Positions 58,276-64,000 of a DNA stretch of 64,000 nucleotides are shown here, one piece after another. Below the pieces are notes generated by a model. That model was not told the origin of the DNA. It did not search any database and saw only the letters and a program-made list of their open reading frames with translations. Position numbers and translations under genes: made by a program. Numbering within the stretch: the stretch's first letter is position 1; the number at the start of each line of letters is the position of its first letter. The stretch is from an uncultured Gammaproteobacteria bacterium (GTDB lineage Bacteria; Patescibacteriota; Patescibacteriia; UBA1558; 2-01-FULL-52-15), in contig CAYRBH010000003.1 of assembly GCA_964422585.1 (NCBI GenBank), positions 11,397 through 75,396 on the forward strand, in the 5' to 3' direction.

Positions 58276-60198
58276 TTACACCCCGTATTGATGGGCCTGG
58301 CGCGCTTTAATATCGAAGAGATCCTTCTCTTCTTCGACGGGTTCAAAAAATAACTTGAATGTTTTCGGAACACGTGAGAACAGACCGATGCTCACCAGAA
58401 CAAGCAGCATATCGATGACGCGTAATGCTGGTATGCGATGCGCTGAGGCGAGGCTTGCAAGGTTGTCATAGATGCGTGAGGGCAGGCGATTATCGAATGA
58501 GTATCCTTTGACCTTGACTGTATTCGTTGTGCCGAACATGTCTTCTAGGATAGATCTGAATGTCACCTGCTCTTCGAAGGAACGGCCCGTTTTTTGCGGC
58601 TCAGGTTCGACAGTAGGCTCTGCTACCGTTGGCGCGACCGGTGTTTTCAACCGCAGCGCTGTATTTTTTAGGGTCGGAGCAGCGGTTATGGTAGTAGGTT
58701 GCGAGTGAGTGACAGGAGCGATGCTCGGCCCTGCTGGATTCGAAGTAACTGGTGTTGCGACTGGTGCCGTTGGTGGGGTCGGTAGAGCAGTGTTTTCTGG
58801 CGCTGCCGGTGCTGCTGGCGACTGAGTGGTCGTTGTGGTCCCGCTGACAGGAGTAGGTGGCGCTGGAGGAGTTGGCGGCACGCTTGTTGGAGGAGTCACG
58901 GTCGGCTCAGTAGTGGTAGCGGGTGGTGTTGCAGGAGTGATGGGCGGAGTCGATGGTGTCGGTGGCGTGACTGGAGGAGCGGGTGGCGTCGGCGGGGTCT
59001 GTGTCGGCGTCGAGGTTGGGGTGGTCGTTGGTGTTTGTGGGTTTGTTAGTTGATAGGCAAAGAATTGGGCAAGCAGCATCCCTCGTGCATTTGCTTGGAA
59101 CATCGATCCTACTTGATCTACTACGCCTTCCCCATTGCCACCCCACGCGCCCCAGTAATTGAAGCCAGCCAGAATGTGTTCATCAATGAGCTTTTGCCAC
59201 ATCGTATACATCGAGGTGAGATAACTCATGCGTTGCTGGTCGGGCATATTGCTATCCCAGTAATCGCCCCACTCCTGTAAGAATATTTTCGTATTGCCTC
59301 GTTCCGCGTAGATGCGTCGCAGGTCAGATTCCATTTCCTCGGGCGTGTGTGTGATGCCATAGTGGTCTACAACAGTATACCCGGCATTGTTAATTACCGA
59401 TTGATACATCCAGCCGCTATTGATCTCTGAGAAATTCTGCGTTGAGAGGCCGGTGATGACATTTTTGTTGATCGCTGAGAAGGCTGCAGCAGAGATGGTA
59501 TGCAGGTCGATAAAGAATTGCGCGTAATTTGCTTGTAGTCCCGCTCCGGTCGATGGAAGGAATGAGGTCGCGTCATTGAAGATGCCTTCAGTGCGCTCAG
59601 GCAGCGGTGCCCAGATATCTCCATCTTTGAAAAAAGTAGGATGGTTAATGATATAGTTATAGGTCTTCCCGAGCCAGGTGCTATCGCCATCGGTCGCGGC
59701 GCTCGCGGCAGTGCCAGTTGGGAAGCGATTCACCCCGACCTTCTGTGGGAAACTATAAATACCCTCAATGCCGCTCCAGGTCCCGCGCCAGAGCACTTTC
59801 GCTCCATGCGCATGTATCGAGTCGCTCCATTTCTGTGTGAAGGCTTCGGCAGTGCGAGGTGCTGGCGGATTCGGATAGTCGCTCGTTGGATCCATAGGGA
59901 CCGATATGGCGATATACTCAGGTTTGATGTCGCGGGTTATCGCGAGAACTATCGCGTCAATGGTCGTATCGTCCGGTTGATTGCTCACCGTATCCTTGGT
60001 CCATTTCATTACATCAACTCCTGAGAAAGTAAGGCCGTTGGGACTGGCTGCTTTACTGATGGTGAAAGGATAGACAAAGTTTATAAGTATCAAAAAAACG
60101 GCGAAAGCATAGAACGCCGCTCGGTGTTTCTGTAATAGAATAGAAGATTTTCTGCGAATCTCAGCAAAGATCATTTTTTGTTTTTGTTTTCTAACCAA
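58276..60198 (-). CDS. Membrane-anchored putative clan GH-A-like glycoside hydrolase with long Pro/Thr-rich linker
   Basis: N-terminal TM. TIM-barrel-like region with IFLQEWGDYWD (candidate nucleophile Glu). PTPPAPP repeats. C-terminal hydrophobic segment. Confidence 0.35.
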   Translation of the reverse strand: MVRKQKQKMIFAEIRRKSSILLQKHRAAFYAFAVFLILINFVYPFTISKAASPNGLTFSGVDVMKWTKDTVSNQPDDTTIDAIVLAITRDIKPEYIAISVPMDPTSDYPNPPAPRTAEAFTQKWSDSIHAHGAKVLWRGTWSGIEGIYSFPQKVGVNRFPTGTAASAATDGDSTWLGKTYNYIINHPTFFKDGDIWAPLPERTEGIFNDATSFLPSTGAGLQANYAQFFIDLHTISAAAFSAINKNVITGLSTQNFSEINSGWMYQSVINNAGYTVVDHYGITHTPEEMESDLRRIYAERGNTKIFLQEWGDYWDSNMPDQQRMSYLTSMYTMWQKLIDEHILAGFNYWGAWGGNGEGVVDQVGSMFQANARGMLLAQFFAYQLTNPQTPTTTPTSTPTQTPPTPPAPPVTPPTPSTPPITPATPPATTTEPTVTPPTSVPPTPPAPPTPVSGTTTTTQSPAAPAAPENTALPTPPTAPVATPVTSNPAGPSIAPVTHSQPTTITAAPTLKNTALRLKTPVAPTVAEPTVEPEPQKTGRSFEEQVTFRSILEDMFGTTNTVKVKGYSFDNRLPSRIYDNLASLASAHRIPALRVIDMLLVLVSIGLFSRVPKTFKLFFEPVEEEKDLFDIKARQAHQYGV

Positions 60199-60311
60199 AA
60201 AAGAGGAATATCCTCTTGTAACATGAATTCAAGCTATCAAAAACTATGCTAACTATTCAATAATAGCATATTTTTAATAAAAAATCAAGCTTTTTAGCGA
60301 AAAAATAGACT

Positions 60312-61331
60312 TTAGAACGGAAGGGATCTTCGTATCTGCCGCAGGTACTCGTACCCCTGATACCAGAGCGGATTATAGAGATAGTCATAACAACCGATTG
60401 ATTCAACGACGGCGCCATTGAAACCATCTTTGAATCGGGTGACATTCTCCAATGAGTCTTGTGTCCCGTCGGATGGCGCGACGCCCCAGAAGTCATAGTA
60501 GTTCATTCCTGAATCTATGGATTTCACGATAGCGTCCCATTGTAAGAGATACGGCGCCATCAGGTTGCGATACTCATAATTGAAGCCGCCATGAAGATAG
60601 GTCATGGTCGGGAAGTGCGCGATATACAGATTTGCGGCAATAGGGATTTGTTCATGATAGGCTGTCGCGACCCAGACGACATTCTTATCTGTATCAGCTT
60701 CGAGCATTTTCAGGAAGTAGTTGCGATCATGTGATCGCAACTTCTGTCGGCGATTCGTCTGTTCATAGATTGTATAGAACTGCTTGATCGCTTTCTCATC
60801 CTGTGCCCAATTGATGGTGATACCTTTTTTTTCGGCGAGCCGTATATTATAACGGGTTTTCTCTTTGAAGGTCATGATTAATTCTTCCTTCGGTGTATTC
60901 AGCGTCAGGTAGCTCGTCGCTTTTGGTTGTATCGATTTGGAAGCTTTCACCGGGATGCTGAGTATCGAGGGTAATGGGATATTTGGTTCGAGGCGACAGA
61001 AGATCTCTTCACGTCGCCGTGTCGCGATCGTGATGTCTCGGATCTGGCTCAAGATGAGTTCAAGTGCTTCTCTCCGTTGTTCTTCGTCCAGATTGGGAGC
61101 GAAGATGGGACCTTTCGGGGCATAGAGATAGCTTTTTCCCAAGGGCAAATTGTTCGTATGGATGAGACAATGGGCGATGAGCCGATGTTCATCATCATAG
61201 ACATTGAGCTGCCAGTTTTTTTTACCTTGTAAGCTCAGGAAGCGCTTCCAGAATCTTGATTGCAAGAATGAGCCGAGCGGAAATTGCTCGAGGAACTCGT
61301 CATAGTTGTGCGCATTCATCGTGACATCCAT
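60312..61331 (-). CDS. FemAB-family peptidoglycan interpeptide-bridge aminoacyltransferase-like protein
   Basis: N-terminal FLQSRFWKRFLSLQG ... YLYAPKGPIF pattern of the FemAB family (GNAT-like duplicated fold). 339 aa. Confidence 0.55.
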   Translation of the reverse strand: MDVTMNAHNYDEFLEQFPLGSFLQSRFWKRFLSLQGKKNWQLNVYDDEHRLIAHCLIHTNNLPLGKSYLYAPKGPIFAPNLDEEQRREALELILSQIRDITIATRRREEIFCRLEPNIPLPSILSIPVKASKSIQPKATSYLTLNTPKEELIMTFKEKTRYNIRLAEKKGITINWAQDEKAIKQFYTIYEQTNRRQKLRSHDRNYFLKMLEADTDKNVVWVATAYHEQIPIAANLYIAHFPTMTYLHGGFNYEYRNLMAPYLLQWDAIVKSIDSGMNYYDFWGVAPSDGTQDSLENVTRFKDGFNGAVVESIGCYDYLYNPLWYQGYEYLRQIRRSLPF

Positions 61332-61333
61332 AG

Positions 61334-61924
61334 CTATTGCGACTTTCCTTGGCTTAGGATCCTGAGAGCCTCCTTTATTTTATCAGATAATTCGGTCGCC
61401 TCTGGCGGGATGATGCGAAGTGCTTTCCTGATCTCACTTTCTTTATAACCGAGCGACATTAACGCTTCCATGAGCTGCACATTCTCAGTAATGGAAAGAC
61501 CAGCTTTCTCTTCCTGACTGGTGACCGTTATTTTTTCTTTGAGCTCAACGATGATGCGTTCCGCGGTTTTCTTGCCGATATTCGAAACTTTCTGTAGCAG
61601 CCCTGGGTCACCATGTATAATCGCTTTTTTGATATCTGTCAGTGGAGCGACAGAGAGGACGCCTAGAGCGCTTTTCGGTCCCACGCCTGAAATACCAATG
61701 AGGCGTTCGAAGAAATCCAGCTCATCAAGGTTCGGGAATCCATAGAGCTCTATCGCGTCTTCACGCACGTGTGTGTAAATGAAAAAGGCGACTTCCTGAT
61801 TGAGCCCTAATGCCTCTAACATATGTCCGGTAGTATAGACGCGGTAACCGGTCGCATCATTCACTAGCAGTATGGTATAACGGTCTTTCTTCGCCAGGAT
61901 CGTGCCTTTGAGGTAGCTTATCAT
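61334..61924 (-). CDS. ruvA: Holliday junction branch migration protein RuvA
   Basis: MISYLKGTI N-terminus. Two HhH motifs (LIGISGVGPKSA, NIGKKTAERIIVEL). C-terminal domain III. Confidence 0.9.
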   Translation of the reverse strand: MISYLKGTILAKKDRYTILLVNDATGYRVYTTGHMLEALGLNQEVAFFIYTHVREDAIELYGFPNLDELDFFERLIGISGVGPKSALGVLSVAPLTDIKKAIIHGDPGLLQKVSNIGKKTAERIIVELKEKITVTSQEEKAGLSITENVQLMEALMSLGYKESEIRKALRIIPPEATELSDKIKEALRILSQGKSQ

Positions 61925-62003
61925 AGCACCATTTAATCACCCTTTGGCTAAAAAATCAATAAAAATAGTAGCTGAGGACTGCTACCAAAAGATACTTCCG
62001 TAG

Positions 62004-62819
62004 TTAATTTAAATTGGCAATGCCACGGTAGAGGCGAACTTCATCATACACCCCTATGAAAGAAGCGGCGCCACCACCGCCAATGGTTTTCGAGGAGGTA
62101 TTGCTGATTGAACCTGGTTGAGAAGCTATGCTAACAGGAGACGCGGGGGTTTGTTTTTTACCATCGACATAAATATCGCAATTACCGGAGCGTTTGTATT
62201 GTACGAGGTAATGATGCCATTTATTATCGGTGATGGGGACCATGATAGGCCCACTGGCAGAGGCAGAGCCATCAGAAAGATAACACACATCTTGATAGGG
62301 GGTTGCTCCTTGCGCAAAGTAGTAGAGTCCAAAACCTGCTGAACCAGCACCGCTGAAATTTTGGAACATATATGCTCCCGATGGAGGGAGCGCGCTTGTT
62401 CTAAAATAAAAAGTAAGCGTAAAATCATCAGTGCCAATGTTAAAGTCTTTGTACGTTGGTCCTGCGCCCGGCGCCAAGTAGACGGAGTCGCTCGAGCTAT
62501 TGATGGAATAGCAGCCTCCTGACATGCAACTGCTGCCAGATAGCCAATGCGACGGGTTATTCGTTGTCGCGGCGCCATTGTAGCCATCATTCGAGGTATC
62601 GTTTGCGTTGCGATCAAGCTTCCACTCGGCGATAATATTTGAACCGAGAGCTCGGCGTATTTGCGTATCGAATGAGATTATCGATGCAATGCGGGCTTTT
62701 TCTTTGGCTGTAGAAAGGCCGACCATGGCAATGGCAGCAATGATTCCAATAATAGCGATGACGGCCATGAGTTCAATCAGGCTGAAACCCCGAGTTCGAA
62801 GCAGTCGGTAGGTATGCAT
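62004..62819 (-). CDS. Type IV pilin (prepilin-type N-terminal domain) with large C-terminal globular domain
   Basis: RTRG|FSLIELMAVIAIIGIIAAIAMV canonical class III signal. 271 aa. Confidence 0.8.
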   Translation of the reverse strand: MHTYRLLRTRGFSLIELMAVIAIIGIIAAIAMVGLSTAKEKARIASIISFDTQIRRALGSNIIAEWKLDRNANDTSNDGYNGAATTNNPSHWLSGSSCMSGGCYSINSSSDSVYLAPGAGPTYKDFNIGTDDFTLTFYFRTSALPPSGAYMFQNFSGAGSAGFGLYYFAQGATPYQDVCYLSDGSASASGPIMVPITDNKWHHYLVQYKRSGNCDIYVDGKKQTPASPVSIASQPGSISNTSSKTIGGGGAASFIGVYDEVRLYRGIANLN

Positions 62820-62922
62820 TGCTATAGTGTAACATGTATCTTGCTAGATAATCAAAGCAGATGTCGGATTGGTATGATGGATTTGACTAGTTTCGTCTGC
62901 TCCCCTATGGTAGTATTCTGAT

Positions 62923-64000
62923 ATGCAAAAAAAGAGTTTCAGTTTAGAGTCACTGTATAAGCCTACCGGCGATCAGCCGCAGGCGATTGAAAAATTGATC
63001 AAAGGCATTTCGAAAAAACTGGATAAGCAGGTCTTAGTCGGTGTGACTGGCTCTGGTAAGACGTTCACTATCGCGAATGTCATAGCGCAAACGCAGCGGC
63101 CGACTTTGGTTATCTCACATAATAAAACTCTGGCAGCACAGCTCGCGAGTGAATTTCAGGATTTTTTTCCGAATAATGCCGTGCATTACTTTGTATCCTA
63201 CTATGATTACTATCAGCCAGAAGCATATTTGCCCACGACCGATACGCACATAGATAAAGAAACGCAGATCAATGAAGAGATTGACCGGCTTCGTCACGCG
63301 GCAACGCAGGCAGTGTTAACGCGGCGCGATGTGATCATCGTTGCATCGGTCTCCTGCATCTACGGCCTTGGTGATCCTGAGGATTATTCGAAGGTGCGGC
63401 TTGAGCTCGAGATAGGTAAAGACTATTCGATGGATAAGATATTGAAACAGCTTCAGTATTTGCAGTATAAGCGCAATGACACGGCTTTGGTGCGCGGTAC
63501 GTACTCAGTGAAAGGTGAAGTAGTAGAAATTTTCGCTTCAAGTGATGCAGAATCATTCTATCGTTTAGAATTCTATGGCTCCAAGCTTGAAAAGATCAAG
63601 CGCGTACACTATGTGACTCGTGATGTACAGGACGCATCCTTGAAAGAAGTTTCTATTTTTCCCGCAAAACATTATTTAGCGCCGCAAGAAACGGTGCCTG
63701 AAATACTCGATGAGATACGCACTGATTTGCGGGAGCGTATCGCCTATTTCAAATCGCAGAATAAACTTATCGAGGCGCAACGCATCGAGGAACGGGTAAG
63801 TTTCGATTTGGAAATGATCGAGACGGTCGGTTACTGTAATGGCATTGAGAATTATTCCCGCTACTTTGACCGCAGGGCGCCGGGATTGCCGCCAGCGACC
63901 TTGCTGGAATATTTTCCGGATGATTTCTTATTAGTCGTCGATGAATCGCATATTACCTTGCCGCAGATACGCGGTATGTATAATGGCGACCGTGCGCGCA
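62923..64000 (+). CDS. uvrB: Excinuclease ABC subunit B, 3'-partial (continues beyond window)
   Basis: Translation from the ATG at 62923 gives VGVTGSGKTFTIANVIAQTQRPTLVISHNKTLAAQL and YFVSYYDYYQPEAY. No stop before the window end. Confidence 0.9.
   Translation, partial: MQKKSFSLESLYKPTGDQPQAIEKLIKGISKKLDKQVLVGVTGSGKTFTIANVIAQTQRPTLVISHNKTLAAQLASEFQDFFPNNAVHYFVSYYDYYQPEAYLPTTDTHIDKETQINEEIDRLRHAATQAVLTRRDVIIVASVSCIYGLGDPEDYSKVRLELEIGKDYSMDKILKQLQYLQYKRNDTALVRGTYSVKGEVVEIFASSDAESFYRLEFYGSKLEKIKRVHYVTRDVQDASLKEVSIFPAKHYLAPQETVPEILDEIRTDLRERIAYFKSQNKLIEAQRIEERVSFDLEMIETVGYCNGIENYSRYFDRRAPGLPPATLLEYFPDDFLLVVDESHITLPQIRGMYNGDRAR

Noticed and set aside
58600-59050. Repetitive GGTGG/GGCGG-rich DNA considered as a possible tandem repeat or CRISPR-like array
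   Set aside because: The repeats are irregular, lie in-frame within a long ORF and encode a Pro/Thr linker. There is no repeat-spacer periodicity.

Overview
This 64 kb window looks like chromosomal DNA from a small-genome, probably monoderm bacterium of moderate GC content. The gene content (type IV pili, FemAB, M23 and DD-peptidases, very little biosynthesis) would fit a Patescibacteria/CPR-like lineage; that assignment is inference only. I found no CRISPR array, transposase or integrase.

The housekeeping core is clear from the ORF translations:
- rpoB-rpoC on the minus strand, without an upstream rplL.
- ftsK, recA, a RodZ-like gene, ruvA, uvrB (partial, runs off the 3' end), rarA, tag, rdgB and engB.
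- A plus-strand pentose-phosphate operon, zwf-gnd-tkt-tal, extended by a cyclase-family gene and an unusual MazG-like Cys-motif gene.
- One tRNA-Ser(CGA) on the minus strand with an encoded CCA.

The accessory, surface-related content is the more interesting part. Reading it from the ORF translations:
1. A 5'-truncated Thr/Ser/Gly-rich beta-helix-like surface protein.
2. A tandemly duplicated two-gene module. Each copy is a Thr/Pro-rich surface protein ending in a TM helix plus a conserved MY[TC]EY[HQ] cytoplasmic tail, followed by a paralogous small 3-TM protein. This looks like an undescribed C-terminal anchoring or sorting module.
3. Two Wzy_C (O-antigen ligase / O-oligosaccharyltransferase-like) membrane proteins, one fused to TPR repeats. 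One sits next to the surface proteins and one, together with a Wzx-type flippase, directly upstream of a pilin operon, which suggests protein or pilin O-glycosylation.
4. A type IV pilus locus. pilB-pilC are convergent, with a 9 bp gap, on a translationally coupled three-gene operon: a 916 aa prepilin-type giant pilin, a 201 aa pilin and a PilX_N-like protein. A further pilin sits between ruvA and uvrB.
5. A candidate divergent GXGD (A24-like) prepilin peptidase, which would otherwise be missing.
6. A Kazal-like lipoprotein next to a C39-like cysteine peptidase.
7. A self-contained small-gene unit encoding two acyl-carrier-protein-like proteins, one lacking the phosphopantetheinyl serine.

Several intrinsic terminators and sigma70-like promoters are readable directly from the sequence.
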